Assembly: GCA_902522015.1 (NCBI GenBank) | Contig: CABYTX010000002.1 | Coordinates: 716-64,715 of the forward strand | DNA length: 64,000 nt | DNA from: an uncultured Alphaproteobacteria bacterium | Lineage (GTDB): Bacteria; Pseudomonadota; Alphaproteobacteria; HIMB59; GCA-002718135 | Direction of reading: 5' to 3' | Shown here: positions 57,004-64,000 of the stretch, piece after piece | Layout of the letters: every line of letters begins with the position of its first letter | Position numbering within the stretch: position 1 is the first letter of the stretch | Program-made: the position numbers and the translations under genes | The notes under the pieces: generated by a model | Databases searched by the model: none | The model's input: only the letters and a program-made list of their open reading frames with translations | Told to the model about the DNA's origin: nothing

Positions 57004-58020
57004 CTAAATTGTCGTATCTGGAACCTTCACATCAATAAAATAATTTTTATCTTTAGATTGCTTAAATATTGCTGGAATTATTGATCTATAAGCAGAAATT
57101 ATTCCTTTATGAGGTTCTGGCATTTGATTTTTAACTATTTTGTGAAATTTTTTTAAATTATGGCATGGGATTTTTGGGAAAATGTGGTGCTCAATATGAT
57201 ATTCCATGTTTGAATATAAAAAACTAAAAAACGGATTCATGATTACTGTTCTTGTACTTTTTCTATGATCTTTAATATTATCAGCTAGTCCAGCATGTTG
57301 GGTCATGCCGCATATCATTAATATAGTATTACCGTAAAATGGAGGTAAAATTATCATTATTATTGGTAGCCATGATTGTAACAAAACTGAACATAAAATT
57401 ACGAGCAACCAAAAACTTAAATATAATCTTGAACTATTAATAATTTTTTTTATCTCCTTTTCAGGTACTGTAACTTTTACAACAGGAGTAATTATCCCAA
57501 ATGAATGTTTAATAATTTCAAAATGTGTAAAATGTCTTATTTTTTGAATATTAATTATTGGACCAAGAGGTAAAAAATTTAAAAGAAATCTTACAGGTTC
57601 TGTTGGTTTTGGACTATTATTTTCATAATCGTACACCTCTTCATGTGTAAATATAGTGTAAATATGGTGATGAAAATGACTCCACTTCCATCTAACTGCT
57701 TCAAAACCACCGAGTAAAGAAGTTATATGATAAAAAAATTTATTTAACGCTCTTGTTTTAAAATATGTTTCGTGATTTGTTTCATGTTGAATGCTTATGA
57801 TCTTACAATAGAAAATATTTCCATAAAGCAAAAGAGCAGGTATTGACCATAAAGTACCCCAACTTAGAATACATAGATATCCACTTAATATTAGAGCAAC
57901 AATAAATATGGATATATCTAATAAACCTTTTATATCCGATCTCTTAGAAAGTTCCTTTAAAGTTTTCTTATCTATTTTTGGTTTATACCAAGTTTTTAAA
58001 TCAACTTCGCCCGCAAACAT
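57004..58020 (-). CDS. Fatty-acid-desaturase-family membrane di-iron protein (paralogue B)
   Basis: 338 aa, four TM-like segments. His boxes are HETNH, HFHHH and HIEHH. A clear paralogue of the ORF at 60476-61462. Confidence 0.7.
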   Translation of the reverse strand: MFAGEVDLKTWYKPKIDKKTLKELSKRSDIKGLLDISIFIVALILSGYLCILSWGTLWSIPALLLYGNIFYCKIISIQHETNHETYFKTRALNKFFYHITSLLGGFEAVRWKWSHFHHHIYTIFTHEEVYDYENNSPKPTEPVRFLLNFLPLGPIINIQKIRHFTHFEIIKHSFGIITPVVKVTVPEKEIKKIINSSRLYLSFWLLVILCSVLLQSWLPIIMIILPPFYGNTILMICGMTQHAGLADNIKDHRKSTRTVIMNPFFSFLYSNMEYHIEHHIFPKIPCHNLKKFHKIVKNQMPEPHKGIISAYRSIIPAIFKQSKDKNYFIDVKVPDTTI

Positions 58021-58023
58021 TAA

Positions 58024-58851
58024 TCAAAATTTTTCTGAAAGCTTTAAAAATTTTTCAAATTCACCTTCATCAATGTTAACTGTGATTTTAGGATCATTAA
58101 ATTTTTTGTTTACCGTATCATCGTGAAACTCTTTGAATGCACTTACTCTTTCAGCTTGTAGTTTTGAAAATTCTTTTTTAAAATCTCTATAAATTCGAGC
58201 ATGTCTTGGAATTTTTCCTTGGGTATATCCGAGTACATCATTAGCAAATAAATATTGCCCATCACATCCAGAACCACTTCCCATTGAGAGAGTCATGATA
58301 TCAACTTTTTTTGTAATAACTTCTGCAACTTTTGGTGGAACTACTTCGAGTTCAACTCCAATAGCACCCGCTTCTTGTAACTCAAGAGTATGTTCTAATA
58401 TTCTTATGGCTTTATCTGCTGTTTTACCTTGTGCAACAAATCCTCCAATCCAAGTAGCATTTCCTGGAACTAATCCAACATGACTATTAATTGGAACATA
58501 CTCATCTCTTAATGCTCTAATCCATTTGTAACTCCAATTACCACCATAAATAACATCTGCACCAATGTCTAAATACTTGTATGATAGTTTCATTGCTTCG
58601 TATTCAGAAGCTACTCTTACTGCTCCTCCGGATTGCATAAAGCAGGTTGGTGCAGCCTCGCGAATTCGTTTGAGTTCATCAAAAGAATTGAAAATACCAA
58701 ATTGTGGAGCATCATGAGAGGTACAAATCATGTCAATGCCTGCCTCTTCAGCTGCTGCAGCTTCATCAGCATTATGCACAAACATAACACTTAGTTGTCT
58801 TTTACCTTTGCATTGCAAATAATCATAAACTGTAAGTTTTTTTCTGCTCAT
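58024..58851 (-). CDS. PanB-family (3-methyl-2-oxobutanoate hydroxymethyltransferase-like) enzyme, divergent
   Basis: 275 aa. Collinear with PanB motifs: GIDMICTSHD (compare VGDSLG), INSHVGLVPGNATWIGGFVAQGK (compare GHxGLTPQ..GG..QG), LQEAGAIGVELEVVP and SMGSGSGCDGQYLFANDVLG (compare IGIGAG..DGQVLV..DMLG). Confidence 0.75.
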   Translation of the reverse strand: MSRKKLTVYDYLQCKGKRQLSVMFVHNADEAAAAEEAGIDMICTSHDAPQFGIFNSFDELKRIREAAPTCFMQSGGAVRVASEYEAMKLSYKYLDIGADVIYGGNWSYKWIRALRDEYVPINSHVGLVPGNATWIGGFVAQGKTADKAIRILEHTLELQEAGAIGVELEVVPPKVAEVITKKVDIMTLSMGSGSGCDGQYLFANDVLGYTQGKIPRHARIYRDFKKEFSKLQAERVSAFKEFHDDTVNKKFNDPKITVNIDEGEFEKFLKLSEKF

Positions 58852-58870
58852 AAAATCTCCAAAAAAATAG

Positions 58871-59188
58871 TTAATCTATCTTAATGAAAATTTTGTCATT
58901 ATCAACTTTAACTGGATATGTTTGTAAATCCTCACACGCTGGTGGGCTTAAAGCTTCTCCGGATTTAATATTAAAAATTCCCTGGTGCATTGGACATTCA
59001 ATTTCATCATCCATAACCAAACCATCTTCAAGATGTACCGCCTCGTGTGTACAAATTCCATCAGTAGCATAAAAACCATCTGTTAGCTTATACACACAAA
59101 AAGTTTTATCTTGATGATCAAATCTGATGAGATCCTCTTCTTCAATACTATCTGTCGACCCTACTTCAATCCAATTTTCTTCAGACAT
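58871..59188 (-). CDS. Rieske-type [2Fe-2S] ferredoxin
   Basis: 105 aa with the CTH...CPMH ligand pattern (C-x-H-x17-C-x2-H). The size is typical of BphF/TodB-like soluble ferredoxins. Confidence 0.85.
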   Translation of the reverse strand: MSEENWIEVGSTDSIEEEDLIRFDHQDKTFCVYKLTDGFYATDGICTHEAVHLEDGLVMDDEIECPMHQGIFNIKSGEALSPPACEDLQTYPVKVDNDKIFIKID

Positions 59189-59240
59189 AGATTGTATATA
59201 ATAGCTATTTTATGAAAATAAATACAAAATAATTAAATTG

Positions 59241-60470
59241 TTATTTTTGTATAAGTTTATTTAATTTAAGATTTTGATCTGTGAGAATTTGTTTATCTAC
59301 AATGTTATCTTTCTCAGTTAATTTAGAAGTTATTCTAATGTCACGGCCTACTTTTCCTATGATTCCAACACCGCATGCTCCTCTTATTTTATTATTTTTT
59401 AGGAAAAAATAAATAACACCATTATTAATATCATTACCTCTTTCGATGATTTCATCATACTCATCACAAATACCAGTCAGTTGAAGATTCAAATTAAATT
59501 GATCAGACCACATCCAAGGAATTGAAGTGTATTCTGTTTTTACTCCAGCAATGTTTTTTCCAGCACATATTCCATGATTTTGTGCATGTTGATAAGACTC
59601 GAGTCGCATATTTCTTTCATAGAATGGATGATAAAAATTAGATACGTCACCTGCTGCATAAACATCTTTAATAGAAGTTTCACAAAATTGATTAGTTACA
59701 ATACCATTATCAAGCCTTAAATTTGTATTTTCAAATAACTTTACAGTCGGGGTTGAGCCTATACCTGCAATTATAAAATCTGTTTCTATTAAAGAATTAT
59801 CATTTAATAAAATTTCATAATGGCCATTTATTTTAGTTATTTTTTCTATCTGTTTATTTAATATTATTTCATTTCCATGTTCTATATGAGTGTTTTGAAC
59901 TAAATCAGCAATTTGTTTGGGTATAATTCTTCCCATAAGTTGATTACCAATTTCAATAACAATTACTTTCTTTTGAAGCTGAGATAAAGATGAGGCAATT
60001 TCTAAGCCAATGAAACCACCACCAATAATTGTTATTTTATTTTTATTTGAAACTATTTCTTTAATTTTTTTGGCTTCTTCTAAATTTCTTAGATAATAAA
60101 TATCATTCTTTAAATTATTATCTAAAGTAAGTTTTTTATTTTCAGAACCTGTTGAAATAAGCAAACTATCATAAGAGTAAACATTGTCATTTTTTGCAAA
60201 AAGTTTTTTATTTTCAAAATCAACTTTATTGATTGATATATTTTCAAATTCTATATTTTCATTTTTTAGTACGTCGCTAGAATAAAAATAAAGATCTTCT
60301 TCTTTTTTTTTATCTAGCAAAAAATCTTTAGATAAAGGAGGTCTTTCGTATGGTAATAAATTTTCTTCACCTAAAATTTTAATATTTGATTTTGAATCAT
60401 TTTGTCTGATCTCTCTAGCAGCATAGACTCCAGCTTGACCACCACCTAAAATTATAATGTTATTTTTCAC
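59241..60470 (-). CDS. FAD-dependent NAD(P)H:ferredoxin reductase (pyridine nucleotide-disulfide oxidoreductase family)
   Basis: 409 aa with IIILGGGQAG (FAD), ITIIGGGFIGLE (NAD), YAAGDV and a reductase C-terminal domain. Resembles BphG/TodA/putidaredoxin-reductase types. Confidence 0.85.
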   Translation of the reverse strand: MKNNIIILGGGQAGVYAAREIRQNDSKSNIKILGEENLLPYERPPLSKDFLLDKKKEEDLYFYSSDVLKNENIEFENISINKVDFENKKLFAKNDNVYSYDSLLISTGSENKKLTLDNNLKNDIYYLRNLEEAKKIKEIVSNKNKITIIGGGFIGLEIASSLSQLQKKVIVIEIGNQLMGRIIPKQIADLVQNTHIEHGNEIILNKQIEKITKINGHYEILLNDNSLIETDFIIAGIGSTPTVKLFENTNLRLDNGIVTNQFCETSIKDVYAAGDVSNFYHPFYERNMRLESYQHAQNHGICAGKNIAGVKTEYTSIPWMWSDQFNLNLQLTGICDEYDEIIERGNDINNGVIYFFLKNNKIRGACGVGIIGKVGRDIRITSKLTEKDNIVDKQILTDQNLKLNKLIQK

Positions 60471-60475
60471 TCAGT

Positions 60476-61462
60476 CTAAGCGTTGCTTGGAACAGATAAT
60501 GGAATTTGATAGTCAGGATTTTTTGCTTGTTTTATGAGTGCTGGGATAATTTCTTTATAAGCTCCAAGAAGACCCTTTCTAGCAGGTGGTAATTGATCTT
60601 TAATCATAGCATGGAGCTTAGGTAAATTATGTGAGGGAACTTGAGGGAACATATGGTGCTCAACATGATATTCCATATGCCAATATAAAAAACTTAAAAC
60701 TGGATTTAAATATACTGTTCTAGTTGTATACCTATGGTCTCTTTTATCTTCTCTAAGTCCTGCGTGTTGAGTAAGACCCATAAGCATAACAAGGGTCTTT
60801 CCATAAAAATTAGGCAATAAAACATAAAGAACTGGAAGCCAACTTTGAAAGTAAACTGAAGAAGCTATACTAATTATCCAAATAGAAAGATGACTCCACG
60901 CAGATAATCTACATTTCCATCTTTCATTATTTGGAATACAAACTTTCATTACATCAGTAGTTACACCAAAAGCATGTTTTATAGTTTCCCATTGAAGAGA
61001 ATTTTTAAAGAAAATAAAACCAGAGAATGGAATGTAATGAGAGAAAAACACAATCAAGTCAGTTGGTTTTTTTACATGTATTTCAAAATCTACAGGATCA
61101 TTAAATTGAGTATAAGTATGATGATGATAGTGCGAATATCTCCATCTGATAGGTTCAAAATTATCCATGAAACTAGCAATATAATAAAAGAAATCATTCC
61201 AGAATTTAGATTTAAAAGCAGTTCTGTGACCAGTTTCATGCCATATAGCATCGCTGCATCCCCAAATATTTCCGTATATTATAAAAAATAATAATGACCA
61301 CCAAGTGCCCCAAGTGACATACGCAAGATATCCAAAGAGAAACAGAGATGAAAAATAAATAATCATATGCTTAAAACCCTGCCAATCAGATTTCTTGCAT
61401 AACTGCTTGAATTCTTTTTTATCTATATTTGCTCGATACCATTTACCTAAATCAACATCCAT
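60476..61462 (-). CDS. Fatty-acid-desaturase-family membrane di-iron protein (paralogue A)
   Basis: 328 aa. His boxes are HETGH, HYHHH and HVEHH. Shared blocks with paralogue B include WY..IDKK, GLTQHAGL, DHR..TRTV and MEYH.EHH.FP. Confidence 0.7.
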   Translation of the reverse strand: MDVDLGKWYRANIDKKEFKQLCKKSDWQGFKHMIIYFSSLFLFGYLAYVTWGTWWSLLFFIIYGNIWGCSDAIWHETGHRTAFKSKFWNDFFYYIASFMDNFEPIRWRYSHYHHHTYTQFNDPVDFEIHVKKPTDLIVFFSHYIPFSGFIFFKNSLQWETIKHAFGVTTDVMKVCIPNNERWKCRLSAWSHLSIWIISIASSVYFQSWLPVLYVLLPNFYGKTLVMLMGLTQHAGLREDKRDHRYTTRTVYLNPVLSFLYWHMEYHVEHHMFPQVPSHNLPKLHAMIKDQLPPARKGLLGAYKEIIPALIKQAKNPDYQIPLSVPSNA

Positions 61463-61652
61463 AATGAAAAAATAGCACTTTTTGATAATCTTATAAATAT
61501 AAAAATTGCTTTAAATTGGTAAATAAGTGCGACTATTTTATCTATCAAAAGAAAGAGGAATTTAATTTGTAATAAGATCTTTAATACTTTAATTTAATTG
61601 TATTATTGATTTATTTACTTATAAATTAATGCATAAATTATTTGGAGGAATT

Positions 61653-62633
61653 ATGAAAAAAATCTTTGCTGTCATTGCTTTATTTTTTGCTTTTGCATCT
61701 ACTTCAGCAGTAGCAAAAAATGATTACAGCTGTGATAAGAAATTTATATTTTTCCCAGGTGGTCCTGAAGGTGGCCCATTTGGAACTATCGTTTACAATG
61801 GTGCAGTAGCTGCTGCTGAACACACTGGTTGTGAAGTAGATTACTACTGGTCACAGTGGAACTCAGAAATCATGATTAAACAATTTAAAGAAGCTGTTGC
61901 TTTACAGCCTGATGGAATTGCAATCTATGGTTTTCCAGGAGACGCTGCTATGAGACCTATCATTCAAGAAGCTAGAGAAATGGGTATAGTAATTACTACT
62001 ATGAATACACCTCTTCCTGATCTTGAAGCAGAATATAAAACTGAAGGATTTGGTTATGCAGGTGCAGATCTATTCGATGCTGGATTTAATCTAGGTAAAA
62101 AAGCTGTTGAAGTTTGTGGTCTACAAGCTGGAGATAAAGCTTTTATCTGGGGTCTTGCAAGTATGCCAAACAGAGGAGAAAGAACTAAAGGTGCAATTGC
62201 TGGTGTTGAAGCAGCAGGTGTTGAAGTGGTTTATCAAGAAATTCCTGATAATGTAAACTCAGATGCATCTCAAGGAACTCCTATGTACGTTGCTACTTAT
62301 AGTGCAAATCCTGATATCAAAATGGCTATTACAGATCATGGTGGATTAACTGCAAGTTTACCAACATATATGAAGGCTGCAGGTCATGGTACTGAAGAAG
62401 TATGTGGTGCTGGATTTGATTTATCAGCTCCAATTGTTGACGGAATTAATTCTGGATACATTGACGTTGTAATTGATCAACAACCATTTATCCAAGGATA
62501 TATGCCAATTGTTCAGTTATTCCTAAGTACAAAATATGGAATGGCTGGATTAGCAATGGATACTGGTGCTGCGTTTGTTACAGCTGATAACGTTGATGCT
62601 GTTGCTCCATTAGCAGCAGTACAAATCAGATAA
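61653..62633 (+). CDS. Sugar ABC transporter substrate-binding protein (CUT2 / RbsB-like fold)
   Basis: Signal peptide MKKIFAVIALFFAFASTSAVA with a type-I sugar-binding fold pattern. GGAGGAA RBS at 61644-61650. Visibly higher GC and biased codons suggest high expression. I prefer the ATG at 61653 over the track start at 61629. Confidence 0.85.
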   Translation: MKKIFAVIALFFAFASTSAVAKNDYSCDKKFIFFPGGPEGGPFGTIVYNGAVAAAEHTGCEVDYYWSQWNSEIMIKQFKEAVALQPDGIAIYGFPGDAAMRPIIQEAREMGIVITTMNTPLPDLEAEYKTEGFGYAGADLFDAGFNLGKKAVEVCGLQAGDKAFIWGLASMPNRGERTKGAIAGVEAAGVEVVYQEIPDNVNSDASQGTPMYVATYSANPDIKMAITDHGGLTASLPTYMKAAGHGTEEVCGAGFDLSAPIVDGINSGYIDVVIDQQPFIQGYMPIVQLFLSTKYGMAGLAMDTGAAFVTADNVDAVAPLAAVQIR

Positions 62634-62647
62634 ATTAAATATTATAG

Positions 62648-62679
62648 CCTGCCTTATTTTATAAGGCAGGTTTATTTTT
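62648..62679 (+). terminator. Intra-operon hairpin / partial terminator between the binding-protein and ATPase genes
   Basis: CCTGCCTTA (62648-62656) pairs with TAAGGCAGG (62662-62670) around a 5-nt loop. TTTATTTTTA follows, and then the ATPase ATG at 62680. Confidence 0.6.
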
Positions 62680-63447
62680 ATGGTTGAAGAACTCTTAAAA
62701 TTACAAAATATTTACAAAAACTTTGGAAACGTAAAAGTTTTAAAAGATGTGAATATCAAAATAAACAAAGGTGAAGTAGTAGCTTTAATCGGTGATAACG
62801 GAGCTGGAAAATCTACACTTATTAAAGTTATAACTGGAGTTCATAGTCCAAACTCGGGAAAAGTTTTTTTTAAAGAAAAAGAAGTACAAATAAAATCAGT
62901 TGCTCAATCAAGAAAAATGGGGATTGAAGCAGTGTATCAAGAAAGAGCATTATGTGATCAGCAAGAATTATACAGAAATATCTTTGCAGGAAGAGAAATT
63001 ACAAATTCATTTGGTTTTTTGGATATAAAAAAACAAAGAAAAGAAGCAGAAAAAATTTTACGCGACTATATAGGCTTTACTTCAAAAGCTATAACGGTTG
63101 ACTCTCAAGTAATGGGACTGTCTGGTGGTGAAAAACAAGGCGTAGCTTTCGGTAGATCATTGTATTTTAATTCTGATTTAATCGTATTAGATGAACCAAC
63201 AATGGGATTATCGATACAAGAAACAGAAAAAGTTCTTAATTTTGTAAAAGGTTTAAAGAATGAAAACAAATCTGCAATATTTATCGATCATAATATTATA
63301 CACGTATATGGAGCTGCAGATAGATTTATTATTTTAGATAGAGGTGAGGTTGTTGGGGAATTTAATAAAGAAGATATTTCAAGAGAAGAACTTGTTCAAA
63401 AAATGATTCAACTTCATGAATCAGGAAAAATAAAAGTGGAAGATTAA
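62680..63447 (+). CDS. Sugar ABC transporter ATP-binding protein (single-domain, FrcA-like CUT2)
   Basis: 255 aa with Walker A GDNGAGKST, signature LSGGEKQG and Walker B LIVLDEPT. Confidence 0.88.
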   Translation: MVEELLKLQNIYKNFGNVKVLKDVNIKINKGEVVALIGDNGAGKSTLIKVITGVHSPNSGKVFFKEKEVQIKSVAQSRKMGIEAVYQERALCDQQELYRNIFAGREITNSFGFLDIKKQRKEAEKILRDYIGFTSKAITVDSQVMGLSGGEKQGVAFGRSLYFNSDLIVLDEPTMGLSIQETEKVLNFVKGLKNENKSAIFIDHNIIHVYGAADRFIILDRGEVVGEFNKEDISREELVQKMIQLHESGKIKVED

Positions 63448-64000
63448 ATGAATAATTTATTAAATAGTTATTTTGTAAAAACTCACAAACTTGAAATTAG
63501 TATTACTATTATTGCTGTAGTACTATTCCTAATTTATTTTCTTGGCGCACCACATGTATTTACAAGATTTCCTATTTATAGAGCTTTTATGCAATCAATG
63601 CCTTTTTTTGGAATTATTGCTATATCAGCAACATTTGTTGTTACACTTGGTGAAATTGATTTATCATTTCCATCTATAGTTGGAATTACATCTCTCATAT
63701 TTGGAATTATAATGACATCGACTGATGGCAACTTTTTTATAGCATTTATTTTGGCAACTTCACTTGGAATGTTTGCTGGATTAGTAAATGGATTACTTGT
63801 TACTAAAATTGGTATACCTTCAATAGTTGCCACTATAGGTACATTATTTTTCTGGCGTGGATTAGTTAATGTAATTTCTCAAGGTAGCGGTATTGCAATC
63901 GTCGATGTAGCAGATGGAACATGGCATCATATGATATTTGTTGAAAAATTATTTGGAAAAATTCCAATGCAATTTATTTGGTTCATTGTATTAACTGGAT
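63448..64000 (+). CDS. Sugar ABC transporter permease (RbsC/AraH family), 5' part; runs off the right edge
   Basis: Not in the ORF track because it is open at the window edge. My translation from the ATG at 63448, which abuts the ATPase stop, has no stop to 64000. It reads MNNLLNSYFVKTHKLEISITIIAVV...TLGEIDLSFPSIVGI...GLVNGLLVTKIGIPSIVATIGTLFFWRG, typical of CUT2 permeases. Confidence 0.8.
   Translation, partial: MNNLLNSYFVKTHKLEISITIIAVVLFLIYFLGAPHVFTRFPIYRAFMQSMPFFGIIAISATFVVTLGEIDLSFPSIVGITSLIFGIIMTSTDGNFFIAFILATSLGMFAGLVNGLLVTKIGIPSIVATIGTLFFWRGLVNVISQGSGIAIVDVADGTWHHMIFVEKLFGKIPMQFIWFIVLTG

Noticed and set aside
63576-63833. 85-aa minus-strand ORF
   Set aside because: Antisense to the edge-truncated ABC permease ORF, which reads through without stops from 63448 to 64000.
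1-64000. Mobile elements, prophage, CRISPR arrays, tRNA/rRNA genes, toxin-antitoxin or known defence systems
   Set aside because: My reading found no integrase, transposase or recombinase ORFs and no repeat-spacer arrays. It also found no tRNA-like cloverleaf sequences in the few intergenic regions and no flanking direct repeats around the TPS or oxygenase loci. A covariance-model scan (tRNAscan, Infernal) would be needed to exclude small RNAs formally.

Overview
This is a very AT-rich, extremely gene-dense 64-kb chromosomal window with about 58 protein genes and almost no intergenic DNA. Many gene junctions overlap by 1-14 nt. I found no rRNA, tRNA, CRISPR, IS element or integrase, and no recognisable transcription-factor gene. 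Gene content and synteny point to a streamlined marine alphaproteobacterium of the SAR11/Pelagibacterales type. That call is an inference from the CcrM methyltransferase, atpI-B-E-F'-F, mutY-DUF721-dsbA-smc, TPR-ispE and an APH-type ThrB, not a database match.

Blocks, left to right:
(1) A ligase-associated DNA-damage module: an Lhr-like DEXH helicase (partial, minus strand, missing from the ORF track), an MBL exonuclease and an ATP-dependent ligase.
(2) Housekeeping genes: ispE, a TPR protein, family-4 UDG, Slt, moaB, rnhB and ccrM.
(3) An 8.8-kb minus-strand operon. It encodes a 1746-aa two-partner-secretion exoprotein with 12 FG-GAP-like repeats, its TpsB pore, an orphan periplasmic-binding-fold protein and a secreted histidine phosphatase.
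(4) A MATE pump and a small GNAT-like orphan.
(5) A purine supercluster: guaB without its CBS domain, purE, purK, purC, purD, purF, purN, purM, a PurS-fused purL, and purQ.
(6) mutY, DUF721, dsbA, a compact smc and the F0 atp operon, then ispH, thrB, rnhA and yceI.
(7) A regulator-free polyol/sugar-acid island: an SDR, sorbitol-type and mannitol-type dehydrogenases, xylB, a DMT transporter, a serine hydrolase, an Ldh2-family enzyme, a D-lactate-dehydrogenase-like enzyme, an IlvD/Edd dehydratase and an SMP-30 lactonase.
(8) A cluster of three membrane di-iron (His-box) oxygenase/desaturase-like genes. It also carries a Rieske ferredoxin, a ferredoxin reductase and a PanB-like enzyme.
(9) The start of a CUT2-type sugar ABC transporter, divergent from that cluster.

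The best candidates for undescribed biology are the TPS/binding-protein/phosphatase operon and the di-iron oxygenase cluster with its Rieske electron-transfer pair. Smaller signals are a candidate anti-SD small RNA and a cluster of GANTC sites with an 11-mer repeat, both upstream of ccrM.
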